Shown here: piece by piece, positions 11,721-25,520 of the stretch
Layout: every line of letters begins with the position of its first letter
Position numbering within the stretch: position 1 is the first letter of the stretch
NCBI GenBank assembly: GCA_951406725.2
Contig: OX597823.1
Location: forward strand, 41,912,001-41,976,000
DNA length: 64,000 bases
Origin: Octopus vulgaris
Taxonomy: Eukaryota
Reading direction: 5' to 3'
Position numbers and translations under genes: made by a program
Notes under the pieces: model-generated
What the model was told of the DNA's origin: nothing
The model's input: only the letters and a program-made list of their open reading frames with translations
Database searches by the model: none

Positions 11721-14700
11721 GGCAGATCTTTTGGTTACAAGACCTTTCTCTTCCCTTCCCACTAAAGTGGTAAAGTTACTCATTGAGTTTGGGATAATAA
11801 AAGACCAATGGTCGCCTTTAGTAGGATTTGAACTCAGAATACGAAGAGCCAGACCAAATACTGCAAGGTATTTAAATTGACACTCTAATGACATTACCAG
11901 TTTGCTACCTCTAAAATAAATAGACCTGGTACAAATATAAAGTTGTTTTTCTTTATCTATTAACTATATTAGTTCTCCAGTAAAATTACTTAGGTATTTT
12001 AGTCATAAGAAATGTTTTGAAATCTAGCCAACATTGATAAATATGTATTCTATATTAAAACCATTTTAGAATGCCAACTGTTTCACAAGAAACACTTCTT
12101 ATATTCTCAGCAAGAACTTGTAGTAATTTGTAGTATTGGTGTTTTGGTGGTAGTGGCATTGTTTTTTTGATAAATGTTTTTCTTTTGCTTTTTCTATAAG
12201 CGATTAATTTTTTTTCTCTATATATATTTATGTGTGTGTATGTGTGTGCATGTGTGTATACACATACATATTCACCACAAAGCATATGTGTGTGTGTAAC
12301 ATATTCTGTGAAAGAGATTAAGAAAATAACATTTTTAATTTGTCATTTTTTTCCTTTCTTTCCACATATACAAATCGTGCCATGAACTTGCTTGTGTATG
12401 TGTGTGCATGTAGGTATGTTATTCTGCAAGTACAATTTCACATGCCTTAGTGTAGCTGCATATATATACACACACACACACACAAACACATTCCCATTCA
12501 CAGATATTTACACACATATATATATAACTTATTTTCACAGCAGGATGCTGGCATCAACACTTCGAACATTATCCATTTTTTAAAATTCATTTAATAATAT
12601 TCTATTTATATCAAATTAACTTCATAAATCACATAAAATACAACATATTAGTATATTCCTTGCTTATAGGGGCTGGCGAAACCCTCCCTTCCCCTCTCTC
12701 TCTCCCTCTCTCTTGTTGGTTCCTGCACATATATTGCTGCACACTTTTACTTATGTCTTCTCTTTTCTTTCCATCCGTTTTTGTTCGCGGGGTTTGCTTT
12801 TAATGCATTATAAAACACATAAATATACAAGTACGTTTTGACTGCGAAAAAGAAAAATACCTCCGCTCTTTTCCTCCCAAATCAATACAACTGCTCGGTT
12901 CCCACGGATATTAATCTAGTACCTGATGTTATGGGATTGTGACTAATGAAAGCAAAACGCGAGTCAGGAGAAAGAAGAACTGGCATAATGATCACATACT
13001 AACCCTCTCCACTTCCATAACTCCTCTTACCACTGTATCATTGCTTTTCTCATTTATTTGGCAATCATTAAATTACTTCTTGTTTTATTTCAATGTTTTC
13101 CAATGTATCCTGGAAACCAACACTTTGCTTTAATAGCCAAACCTCTCTCCTACTCGCCTGATTTTTCCCTTTTATTTTCACCAATGCTAACGTGCTTGGA
13201 ATTGTCAAGACTGCATCAAAGCCATTTTACAAAAGTAGGGGTTAGTTGAACCCAAATGAACTGTATTGATATATTAAATATTTATTGGTATATTATAATA
13301 ATAAATGGAACATTCACATCATAAATACTATGGCTATTATGGAGATGAAATTTTTCTAATACTTATAAGGTGTAGAATATTATTTTTGTTGATATTTCTT
13401 TAGGTTTCAACTATTTAATGTGTACTTATTTCTCTTTCCCCTTTCCTGTAGTATAAAATGTCAAAGTTACATAGCGTAGACCAAGTGCAATAAAAATGCT
13501 ATGTTATTATTTTAAGAATTATATTTATTTAGTTTAAGTTCATTTAAAAAGAAAATTTCCTATTAAAAATGAGTAATACATTTTTTTTTTTTGCTGTATA
13601 TGATATAGCAGGGCAGCAGTGTTTTCCAATTTTACAACACACAGTAATAAAGTGAAGAATGTGTTTGCCATTATTATGTATACAATAAAGAAAGTTTTAT
13701 ATATAGCTATATATATTTTTTTCATCCTTATCCCCCATCCATCCACCTCCATCTCTCAACTTCCTTTTGCTCATCTATTTACCACTCACCTCTTCTTAAA
13801 GATAACAAGTACTCAGGGCATTGGTTTAATCAAATACACAACTAGTACGCTCAACTAGTAAACCAGTATTTGTTAGAATACCATCAATGGCATATATATG
13901 ATAATTCATTAAGATGATAAATTGTTCACCAAGTATTGTAATGAAGAGAGGTTTTTTTTTTCTGAATATCACCCTCTGGAAATGGATACAGCCCATCCAA
14001 TATAATAGTTCAAAGATGTTCTTGGTAAATTAGTTCAGAGATAATAATTGCTTTTTAGCCACAGTTAATAAAAGTTTGTAGATAACAAAATACAAGGTAC
14101 AGATTTGATACAGTTTTCACATAAATTACATGTTGAGACAGTCTCAGCTGACTGTATTTGGCAAATGCTAATGTGTGTGTGTGTGTGTGTGTGTGTATTT
14201 GTGAGAGAGAGAGAGAGAGTGTGAGAGGGACAGTCAGAGAGACAGACAGACTGTCCATAACAAACAACCTTCTAAATTACTGTTGTAATGTTTTTGAGTG
14301 TGAATTACTGACCAATGTGTATGTGTATGTATGTGGTATGTGTGTGTGTGTGTGGATTTAAGAAGGCTTCTTTCAGTTTCTGTCTACCCAATACACACAC
14401 AAGGTTTAAGTCAGCCTGGAATTATAGTAAAAGAGATTTGGTCAAGATGCTACATCATATGACTGAACTCACACCCACATTTTTGGGAGGTAAATTTCTT
14501 AACCACACAGCTGTGTTTGCATCTTTTATGCTTAGGTATTCATAATTCACAAACTGGCAGGGTTTGTGCATATTTGTATGAAAAATAATGGTTTCATCTG
14601 AATATGCAAAGACAAACATACAACACATCTCACAAGCTATTCATAGAGTAAATTTTAAAACATGATATAATATAGATGTGAAATAGATTTCAGAAGATAA

Positions 14701-14926
14701 TGTTTTTGAAATTTATAATGAAATATACTCTAAGAAACAGGGTTCTCTTTTATTTATGTGCTATTTTTGAATATGTTACTTTCTTTATAGCATTTGAATT
14801 TTTGTATTTTGCAAGATTCTTGCCATAAAAATGTGTTGAAACAGGTATAGCAACAGCTGTTGTTGCATGTTGGAAGGGTCATTTAGTCAATAAGATGACG
14901 TGCACTGGTTCTATTTCACTTATTGC

Positions 14927-15158
14927 TATTATCATTAGTCAACTAGTTAACTAATTAACTTGTTTAATTATTTGATTAGTCATTTAGTCAATTAATCGGC
15001 CTGCTGGTTTTTCAGAGTCCTTTGAAAAGAATGTCATTGATGAATTTACAAGTGGCATCAAAAGAACTTTGACAAGCTAGAGATTAATTGATATAGTAAT
15101 TAATTAAGCATTCAATTAGTTAATTGGTTAAATGATTAACTAGTTGATTAATAATAAT
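14927..15158. repeat. palindromic MITE-like inverted repeat
   Basis: attatcattagtcaactagttaa…caattaatc versus gattaattg…ttaactagttgattaataataat. Confidence 0.6.
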
Positions 15159-16403
15159 AACAAGCATGTGTTCCTTATAGGCAACATAATTCTTTTCTAT
15201 TTTGTCATAAAGTTAGAAAAACTATGGATACAAGCTAAGTAAAATTGTGGCCATCCATACCTACATGCTCTCCCAACACTCATATACATAATTCTGAATT
15301 TGTTTGATGGAAACTCTAAAACACCCTTCATATATATATATATATATATATATAAAGAGAGAGAGAGAGAACAGGAAGGATTTGTGTCAGGATGACTCAG
15401 TGTTCAAATAGGTGCGCCACCAAATTTTCAGTATGAAGAGCAGTTAAAGTTGTGGTTATGTGATTGCCTTGTTCAAAATTGCTAGAAGTGGCTTCCCTTT
15501 GAGTCAGACGATGTAGGTTAAAGTAGTGAGAAAAGTCAAACAATTAGGCAAGGCTTGATAAGTACATTTAATTTGGTTATAAAACAAGGTTTCAACTATA
15601 GATTCATTTAATCCATGTTAGCAAAGAAAATCAGATGCAATAATTAACAAATATGCTATTTCTGTGATATTTCTAAGGTTTCACATTCAATTTCCAGATT
15701 TTTCAAGATCAGATATCGTTTTCTTATATTTTGAGACCTTCACATATTGTTAGAGCAATTTTTTTTCTATATTTTTCTTTCTTTTTTTTTTTACAATTGG
15801 TTGCCCTTTCTACTCCTAAGCATTCAACTGTGAACATTAGAGGAGTCAGCTATTTTTTCAAATACTCTGACTTGCACACATCAAAACAGCTGTGACACTA
15901 TGATGTACACAGAGAGAAATAAATAAATAAATATAGAAATATAGAAATTAAGAAAAGAAATAAGTATTCTATCTGTTTTTCATAAAGTAAAATTTCTCTG
16001 TTGAATATTTCTAAGTAAAGAAGAATCTTCAGTCGACCATTAGAATTCTACAAAGAAGAAGAAAAAAAAGCTCAGAAGAACAACAAACTTTTGTTTTATT
16101 TTCATTGTTTATTATTTAGGTTTCTTACTTCACTGTTGTGCTTCATTTCAAATGATTTCTATTTGGCTTTTTGTCTTTACTTTCTTTTTTCATAATATAT
16201 TTTATTTGTGTTTTTGACTATTTTCTATTTCATTGTGATGTACAACTGAGTTTCTTAATATTTAATAACTGTAGGCCTACACACATACACATACATGCAT
16301 ATAGAGATACATTTAAATGCATAGACATAATGTGTGTGTATGTGTGTGTTTGGAAATATGTTCTCTACACTCACATATGCATATGCATATAGAGATAAAT
16401 CTG

Positions 16404-16445
<42 letters not shown>

Positions 16446-16576
16446 AAAATGTACTTTCTACACATAGATGTATGCACACATCTATGGGGAGAAATTCAAA
16501 CAAATATGATGTTACATATGGAGAGATAGATAGATACATGCATACATATGTACATACATACATACATACTGCATAC

Positions 16577-16620
<44 letters not shown>

Positions 16621-16929
16621 TGAAAATATATTCTCTACATACAAATATACACACATATAGATATATATGTGTGTGTGTGTGAGTGTGTTTGAAAATATGT
16701 TCTCTTATCGGTAAACACAAGCATACACACACACACATGCACACAAATGCATAGGGCAAATCACATTGAATTTCTAACTTAAATAAATTCCACACTTCAG
16801 AAAACAGTTATTAACAACCCCAGCCCAACTCTGACCAACCGGCCGCTCTGCCTCCTCCATACTCCACTTCCTCCATTCAAAAGAAATTACTGACAATGAG
16901 CAATCTGCTCATGTTGTTTTGATGCTTTA

Positions 16930-17031
16930 TCATTATTTTTATTATTATCATTATTATTATTGTTGTTATTATCATTGTTTATATTGTTATTATTATCATT
17001 ATTGTTATCACTATTCAGTATTCTTTTTCTC

Positions 17032-17106
<75 letters not shown>

Positions 17107-17110
17107 TTTA
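16930..17110. repeat. (ATT)n microsatellite tract
   Basis: Directly visible degenerate and pure TAT/ATT repeats. Confidence 0.95.
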
Positions 17111-18499
17111 TTTTATATATAATCTTTCTGCTGGCACTTGCCAAAACCTTCTGAATTGTATTTTCCTATCATTTTTTTTTTTGGTCTTGTTTTTGTTATA
17201 ATTTTATATTGTTTGTCTTTCTTTATGAATGAAATTCAATATACACCAGTAACCCAGACACATATTAAGGCAAAGATATTGAATGAGCTACAAACACAGA
17301 AAAAAAAAATGTCTTCACTTATTCAGTGGTTGGGTTTGGAAAGATAATATTAAAATTTTAGATGGGTGAGTTGGTGCATATGGTTGAAAGCCAAACTAGA
17401 TGCTTCACTGCAAATGAGTAGGGGTTAAGTCTGACATTTAGCCATGTAGCAAATAGAAAAAAATGAAAATAATGCAGAAAACACATGCATATGCACAAAG
17501 AGATTCATATGAGCATACTTGTAGAGAAACATACATACATACCTATAGTCAAAATTACATTCACATACACACACAAAGAGACTCACATAAGCACAGTCAC
17601 ACTCACACACACACACGCACACACACACACACACAGACTTTAATATGCACAAACAGATATTCAGATACATAATTAAATAAAATGATGACATATTTACAAA
17701 CTGGGCAGAGAGGAGCAGTCCAAATGCTTTCAGCTGTCAAACTTGAGTTTATTCGTTAAATTTCTTATCATTTGGGGGTTTGAGTTGACTTTATATTCTG
17801 CTAAGATGATCATTACCACCATCATCGTCATAATTTTTTTTACTGTCCAGCCAGAATTTATTGAGTTAGATTTTCTATATGTTGGATGCCCTTTCTGTCA
17901 CCAAACCTCAGCAGTTCTTAAGCAAAATCATACTTCCTCGTGACCAGACATATTTTCATGGAAGACTGGAAATAACTTAACATTATTTGTATGATGCATG
18001 CTAACAACTATTGTATAATATCCGGACAAGTATATACATACATACATGCATACATATTTGTATGTATTAGATATTAGTGATAAGAGCAATATGATTACCG
18101 AATGGTAACCTTCACAATCTACTTATGGCAGTGAGCTGGCAGAATCATTAGCACAAGGCAAAGTGCTTCGTGGCAATTTGTCCATCTATATTATTTGAGT
18201 GCTAATTCTGTGAACTGACTTACCCCCTGCCCAGAATTGTTGGCCATGTGCCAAAACTTGAAATCTTTACATTCTACTTAACATGAATGTTTTATAAGGA
18301 CATCATAATACTGCTAGAGTCACCCTGAGAAAGTCTTTTGAATAGCTGTCTAGTGTATAAAAGCACAGATATATCAACCATAGCTGAGTAATTTTAAGTA
18401 CCAGTGGAGGAACATGTCAACATGTGTTGTAGCTCAACTACAACAGATATCTGCTACAGTATTATAGTACTCCTGTAATACATCCTTGTTAAATAAGAT

Positions 18500-19320
18500 A
18501 TAAAGGTTGCTATTTGGTAATAATATTTCCTCCATTGCTAATATCTAATTTTTGACCAGTTTGCTAGCTGTTCAAGCTCTGGTCTACCCTGTCCTGCTCT
18601 ACAGTTGTAATACTTTGACACTCTCCAGAGTCCTCAGGAACAACCTGAATTTCTTTGGTACGAGGATGTTTCATGGAATAATGGGTTATCATTGGTCCGA
18701 TTTTGTATCCAGCCATTGACTCTACTCAGAAACTGGGATGCATCCTGTTATTTGTATGATTTGGTAGCACCAGCTCAGATTGTTTGGCCATGGTGATAAA
18801 TTTTCTGAGTTAGACCCTGATTACCATGTTCCCTTTACTGAGGATCCAGCTGGGTTGATGGCTCATGTTGATCAACCACATGCCACATGGTCATGGTAGA
18901 CAAGAAGGTATCTCATAGAGATGGGGACTGACTGGGATTCTGCTTGACAGGTTGCCTGTGGGATGACCCAAGAATACACCGATAAGTGGTGAATGCTGCA
19001 GTGTGCTGAAACATGCTCCAACATCTGACCAGACATAGCTAGTTGTTAGTGGCACCAGTTACTGAATAGTCACTGGTTCTCTATATATCAGTAGAAAGAG
19101 TTGACTAGCATGTGATTTAAGCGGATGCTTGTTACTGATGACACACAAGACACACTAAAATCATGAGATACAACATTTCTGCCACAAGTGCTTGTTGTTT
19201 CTCATCTGCAATTGGTATCTCTGGTATTTTTTTTATACACTAGGGACCTATAAGAGAGACTGCCTCTGAATACTGCAGTACTGTGGTGCTTCTATAATCT
19301 ATAATACAACCACATTAAGC
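18500..19320 (-). mobile_element. possible decayed Gypsy-like gag/protease remnant
   Basis: Scattered minus-strand motifs in the expected order: ASA-LNHML (gag PS.LL..M), WCY (CWYH knuckle), VPEDSGECQSI (FLVDTGA..S protease), AN-SKI; many frameshifts. Confidence 0.3.
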
Positions 19321-19331
19321 AAAATATAAAG

Positions 19332-19396
<65 letters not shown>

Positions 19397-19553
19397 GTAT
19401 GTATATATATATATAAATTAGAAAAAAATCCACCTTTAATCAATTCAATAATGAAAAGTTAAATTATACCATCTATAATATTTTGTGAAATTTGATTTAG
19501 TATTTCTAAATCGAATTTTCCCCTGTAAGTTTGGAATAATATTCCCTCATATT

Positions 19554-19593
<40 letters not shown>

Positions 19594-19964
19594 TTTTATA
19601 TCTCTCAGCTCAAAGGCTATGACCATACTGGAGCACAATGGCTATTCTTATGTGAATGGCTTTTGGTGAAGGTGGGAGTTAAGTATTGTTGCCCTCTTTT
19701 GAGCTACTTATATGTATGTATATATATATACATATGGCAGTCTTGTTTCAGGTTCACTCTACACATCTACTCATAAGCTTTTGGCAAGCCCAGGGCTACT
19801 GTTGAAGGTAGTATGTCACACTATGGGATTGAACCTGAAACCTCATGGCTGGGAAGCAAACTTCTTAACCATACAGGCATGTCTGTAATATTTGGGATTC
19901 AAAACAATTCACTATAGGTTGTTTTTTTTTCGCTTCCAGATTTTGTATCAGAAAACTTACAGAA

Positions 19965-20000
<36 letters not shown>

Positions 20001-20119
20001 ATGTGAGGCTTTTTTAAGTGTAATACTCAAAAGTTGTATTGATAAGATATTGAATTTCCAATAACAAGATCATAAGTTCAAAATCCACTACAAAGCTTGT
20101 ACAGCTCTAAGCCTTTCAT

Positions 20120-20400
20120 TCTTCTTACTTCACTTAACACAGTTTACCATTCTCTTTAAATAGTTTAGCTGATTAGCCTAATCAGCTGGATTTGAAGTTT
20201 CCTCTAAAATCTCTGGCGCCATCATATTTATTGCATTTGTATGATCATCATCTTCTTCACCTTTTCCCTTATTCCAAATGACCTGTTATTCACAAATAAT
20301 TCTTTATTATTTCATGCAGATCACACAAATTACCTTATTGTTTCATCGTTAAACTATATTATATCCTTCATTTAAAGTTATCAACTGCTACCAGATATTT
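20120..20400 (+). mobile_element. possible CR1/L2-like RT remnant
   Basis: ccaaatgacctg…catgcagatcacacaaat translates PNDL…HADHTN, resembling INDL…YADDT. Confidence 0.3.
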
Positions 20401-20731
20401 CCATTTTCTGTCGATGTAAATTCTCCACACGCTATTCAATCGAGGCTTGGCAATCTATTTAGCACTAAGCTACTATCGTTATATATTTATTTATAGAAAG
20501 ATTAACCATATTACTTTCTTAAGTCACTCAAATAATTTCCAACTCCAATATTTTAGGATGGGTGTGTAATTAAAATGCTCTCTTTAAAACCATGTGATTT
20601 GAGGTTCAGTACCACTATATGGCACTTTAAGGAAGTGCCTTCTATTTTTGACCTGGGCTGACCAGAGTGAATTTAGTAGCTGGAAACTGTGTGGAAGCCG
20701 ACTGTGTAAATATATCTATATATATCTTTAG

Positions 20732-21712
20732 GGGCAGGTGGGGCTGTGTGGTAAGAAGTTTGCTTCCCAACCACATGGTTCCAAGTTCACTCTCACTATG
20801 TGGCACCTTGGGCTAGTGTCTTCTACTGTAACCTCTGATCAACCAAAACCTTGTGAATGGATTTGGTAGAAGGAAATGGAAACGAAACCTGTCATATCAT
20901 CATCATCATTGTTTAACATCTGCTTTCCATCCTGGGATGGGTTGGACGGTTTGACTGAGGACTGGCAAGCTGTGAGGCTGCACCAGGCTCCAATCTGATC
21001 TGGCAAGGTTCCTACAGCTGGATTCTACTGTCAGGCAACACTGGCATTGGCCACATTTGAATGGAACTTTTTACATGTCACCAGCACAGGTGCCTGTCGG
21101 GCCACACTTGCACTGGCCACGACTATGATTCCACTTGGTTCAACAGGTCTTCTCAAGCACAACATATTGCCTGACAATTAAGGGGTACTTTTAAACAGGT
21201 CGGTTATGCGACACTGTCATCGGCCATAGCTACGATCTCATTTGGCATATCTCCAAAGGTCTCAGTCACTTGTGAGACCCAAAATTCAAAGGTCGTACTT
21301 CACCACTTTATCCCATGTCTTCCTGGGTCTACCTCTTCAACAGGTTCCCCTCACTATTAGAATGTGACACTTCTTCACACAGTTGTCTTCATTCATACAC
21401 AACACATGACCATACCAGCATAGTTGCCTCTCTTGCAGACCACATCTGATACTTCTTATGTCCAACTTTTCTCTCAGGGTGCTTACGCTCTGTCGTGTAT
21501 GCACACTGACATTACACATCCAGCGGAGCATACTAGCTTCATTTCTTTCAAGCCTATGCATGTCCTCAACATTCACAGCCCATGTTTCATGGCTGTGTAG
21601 CATGGCTGATCACACACAGGCATCATAGAGTCTACTTTTCACTCTGAGCAAGAGGCCCTTTGTTATCAGCAGAGGTAAAAGTTCTCTGAACTTTGCTTAG
21701 GTTATTCTTATA

Positions 21713-21758
<46 letters not shown>

Positions 21759-21779
21759 CATAAATGATGATGATGATGA

Positions 21780-21816
<37 letters not shown>

Positions 21817-22058
21817 AACATGTGTGTCTTTGAGTCTGTGTTTGTCTCCCCCTCCATCACTTGACAACTGGCATTGATGTGTTTACATCCCTGTAACTTA
21901 GCAATTCAGCTAAAGAGACCAATAGAATAAATACCAGGCTTAAAAGGAAAATAAGTACTGGGGTTGAATTCTTCAGCTAAAAGGCTCTTTAAGGTGGTGC
22001 TCCAGCATGACCATAGTCAAATAACTGAAACAAATAAAAGAATGAAAGGGTAAAGAGT
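20732..22058 (+). mobile_element. SINE family A split by an RTE insertion (head 20732-20893, tail 21822-22058)
   Basis: Head ggggcaggtggggctgtgtggtaagaag…ggatttggtaga and tail …actgaaacaaataaaagaatg match 46742-47140. Confidence 0.8.
20897..21710 (-). mobile_element. 5'-truncated RTE-clade LINE (RT C-terminus + 3' UTR)
   Basis: ORF 21337-21603 MLHSHETWAV…RLERNEASMLRWMC…LCWYGHVLCM, then RGRPRKTW; typical RTE C-terminal motifs; tail ends in (GAT)n. Confidence 0.9.
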
Positions 22059-22992
22059 ATGTGTCTAAATAGCAATTTCAGTATTTTCTCTTATAAATTT
22101 AAACATTTTACTCTTAACATACTAATACTTCATCCTAAGGAAGAAGCATTAGTTTTTTCCCATAACATAGAAAAAGACAAAGAAAAATTTTTCAGCAACG
22201 AGTAACTGCTAGTAGATGGGTGTCTGACTTAAATTAACATAAATTAAAATTGTTCTCAAAGCAAGTATTGTGTACTTCAGTTTTATCACTTTAAGAAATG
22301 TCACCTGATTGATAAATTATTCTTTACAATAAATCTCTGCCACGAAGTTGTCTTCTCTCTATCTCTTCTACTATTATTATTATAATGACCTCTGTTATTC
22401 AGAATGTACTGATTGCATGCAATCTTCACTTAATGTACTAACCCTTCTGCATCTCTCTATATACAACGTTCTTTACTTCTTTTCATTATCTTTCTTTAAA
22501 CATCAAGTCAAACATTGCATTCAGTTATTATTTCTAAGAATTACTGCTCTGTGGAACTTAAATTTGAAATAATATTACAAGCTTCTATTCAGTAACTTCC
22601 AGTTCTTTTAATTCCTTATTAACTAACACAATATTTTCAATCATTGTGTACTGATTTATGGCACCAAAGATCTTCCATATTTTACACATAGCTCTTCTGT
22701 ACTTTGGACATAATGGTACAAAGAATACAGATTATAAAAGAAAAATAAATCCAAATTGAGACAATAGGAGTGGGGGCTACTTTTCCAACAAGTATTGACA
22801 TGTATAGAACCTGTAAACAAGCTGTGGGAATCAGAAAGGTAAAATCAAATCAAATAATAATGATATACACAGAAGGTTTCATGAAAGAGAGTACAAGTGA
22901 AATGAGGTAAAGACAGATAGGTATTGCATATTGTATGAAACAGCTGATTTTCTCCTAAAGACTTGTAAATATGCATTGGGATTCATGTAGAG

Positions 22993-23312
22993 CAATGGTT
23001 CTCTATTGAGGTCCATATAAGATTTTGTGGGGTCCATGTAACAAAATAGTAAATTGGGGATCCACAATAGTATTTTAAGGACCCCTGAAAAAATTTTGCT
23101 TCAGATGTATGTATTGCAAGAAGCAGCTCGGTTTCTTTCTCCATCAATTTACGTAGTTAAACCTATAAAAGGGATCATGTGAAAAATAAAATAGGAATTT
23201 TAAAAGACATTTCTTTAAAACTAGTTTTTAAACATTGAATGACTAAGGGGGGTCCACCAGAATGAAATAGCAGTCAAAAGGAGCTGTAGATGAGAAATAG
23301 TTGAGAACATCT
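22993..23312. mobile_element. hAT (Charlie-like) MITE
   Basis: Ends caatggttctc … ttgagaacatct (degenerate CAGTGGTTCTCAA TIR) with subterminal ggggtcca repeats. Confidence 0.6.
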
Positions 23313-23972
23313 CATAAGCCAGTGGTGAAGAGTTGAAACAGATGTAGGCTAAGAAAATATGAAACTAAGCAAGCTGGTTGGGACTTGTTAAACTCAAAGG
23401 TTACAAATATATGACACAGTATTAGGCTCAAAGAAGACATTTGTAGACTTATCAAACCCATGTTATGATCATTGTTATTGCAAAGCATAACAAAACGTAC
23501 TTAGAATGTGCATTTTTTATAGTTTTTGCTATACATTGTTTTTTCATTAGTTTCATTCTTGAAACATTTCAAAAAACAGTACAAAGCTGTATCACTGGAA
23601 TTTAAACAGTAATAATATTTAAAAACTGAGCTTTAGAATTCTTACACAATACATATTGTGTAAGAATTAAAGATTGAAAATTAAATACATTGTTGTTAAT
23701 TTTTTTAGATCTTTTTTATTTTTACATTAGCACAACAACTTTTCATTTACTAACGAAAATAAGTGCACAGTTAATTATTGCTACAATGAGCAACCATAAT
23801 TGGAGCATGGAAACAGATTCTGATTATAAGTTTTTGAGAATTTTTTGTAATATTTACAATCATTGCACAACAGATTAGCTCAATAATGCAGGGTTTCTTT
23901 TCTGTCTGAGATTCAAATTTTTGTGTTTACATTTCACAATAAGTCTCAGCCGCACTGCTTTAATACTGTGTG

Positions 23973-24006
<34 letters not shown>

Positions 24007-24419
24007 TGCATACATGTGCTCATGAGTGTCAGATTGTCTGTATGTATATGAATACATGTATAAATACTTGCATACATGCTTACATACATATACAAAGATA
24101 CATGTGTGTGGTCAGGATTTAGATAAAAACTGTTTATTGAGCTTTTATCCATTTCAGGGATTCACAAGGAATCCTTTCAACTGAAAGGGATGAAAGCATT
24201 AAACATAGTTTTTATCCAAATCCTGAGTACCTCCTCTTTTCTTTGTATATAAAATTTGTACACTACTTCAAACAATCTATACATTCATACATGTATATAT
24301 ATATATAAATAAATATTATCCAGTAATTTTTTACTAGTTTTATTGTGTGTTTTTGTCTTCTCTCCTTGTGCTATATGAACACTTAAGGTGGTTTTAGAGT
24401 CAGATCCTGACTTCTATTT

Positions 24420-24900
24420 TCAGCATGGCAGTATCTCGTAGATACCCTAAGTTATAATTTTAATATATGTATTTATATATGATGGACTCTCTCATTGGTT
24501 TCAACATATGAGGATCCAACAATATATATTTTCTTTATCAGTTGCAATGCTTATGTCAAACATGACATTTGAGTCCCAACATTTTAAGTAACCTCAGATG
24601 CCAAAAAAATTTATAAACTTAGAAAATATTGTGGTAAAATTTTCCAATTGTTGAATCATTCATTATAGTTGAATCTCAGCTAAATACTGTTAACTCCCAA
24701 TATTTTCTTTACGAAGATCTCCAATGGACAACTCCTCTATATAGACAAATAATCAAACACTCCACATAACAAACCATTTAGTTAAGAATACTCCCACATA
24801 TAGTTCTGATCTCTCTTTCAATGAGTCCATTTTCAAAAATATTTCACAATTCTCTAATGATGTGCTAACATGAAGTGGGGTCACTGGAAAATTACATCAT
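24420..24900 (+). mobile_element. degenerate Penelope-like RT fragment
   Basis: Motifs IYDGL, LLYIDK*SN, LVKNTP, SDLSFNESIFKN…NDVL parallel the RT thumb at 34280-34520 (LSSNEEIFNN…NDAL). Confidence 0.5.
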
Positions 24901-25279
24901 GGCCCCAGAAAATACACAATGATAGAAATCAAGACAAGTGTCTTCTACCAAAGTTTTGTGAGTGGATTTAATTGATAGAAACTGAAAAAAAAGCCTATTG
25001 TGTGTGTGTGTGTGTGTCTGCTTGAGAAACATTGTTAGTTTGTTTCACATCCCTTAACCTAGCAATTTAAGAAATGAGACCTAGTGAATAAGGCTTTAAA
25101 AAAATAAGTACTAGGGTTGATATGTTTGATTAAAATTCTTCAAGGCATGACCAGTCATGACCACAGTCCAATAACTAAAACAAGTAAAAGATATAAAAGA
25201 AATGATATACACACATGCACACACACATACAGACTTATGCATATATATATATATATATATATAATAAATAATAATAAAT

Positions 25280-25520
25280 GTGCCCTTTTAAAGCCTAGCC
25301 AGGCTCATAGGCCTGGTTTTCCGGTTTGTATGGTGTATGTGTTCCCCAGCTGGACAGGATGCCAGTCCATCGCAGCATTACTCACTTTTGCCAGCTGAGT
25401 GGACTGAAGTAATGTGAAATGAAGTGTTTTGCTCAAGAACACAATGCATCGCTTGTCAAGGAATTGAAACCACAATCTTACGATCATGGTGCTGACACCC
25501 TAACCACTAAGCCATGTGCC
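25280..25520 (-). mobile_element. SINE family B, tail type 2
   Basis: Reverse complement of the tRNA head (taaccactaagccatgtgcc) and core (gtgtttt gctcaagaacacaa). Confidence 0.85.

Noticed and set aside
20167-20187. 21-nt perfect hairpin agctgattag-c-ctaatcagct
   Set aside because: Isolated short palindrome inside a decayed LINE remnant; can arise by chance or local inversion; no supporting context
22348-22780. Possible L1/Tx1 C-terminal remnant on the minus strand (PLCPK…CKIW)
   Set aside because: Too few motif residues to support a call by eye
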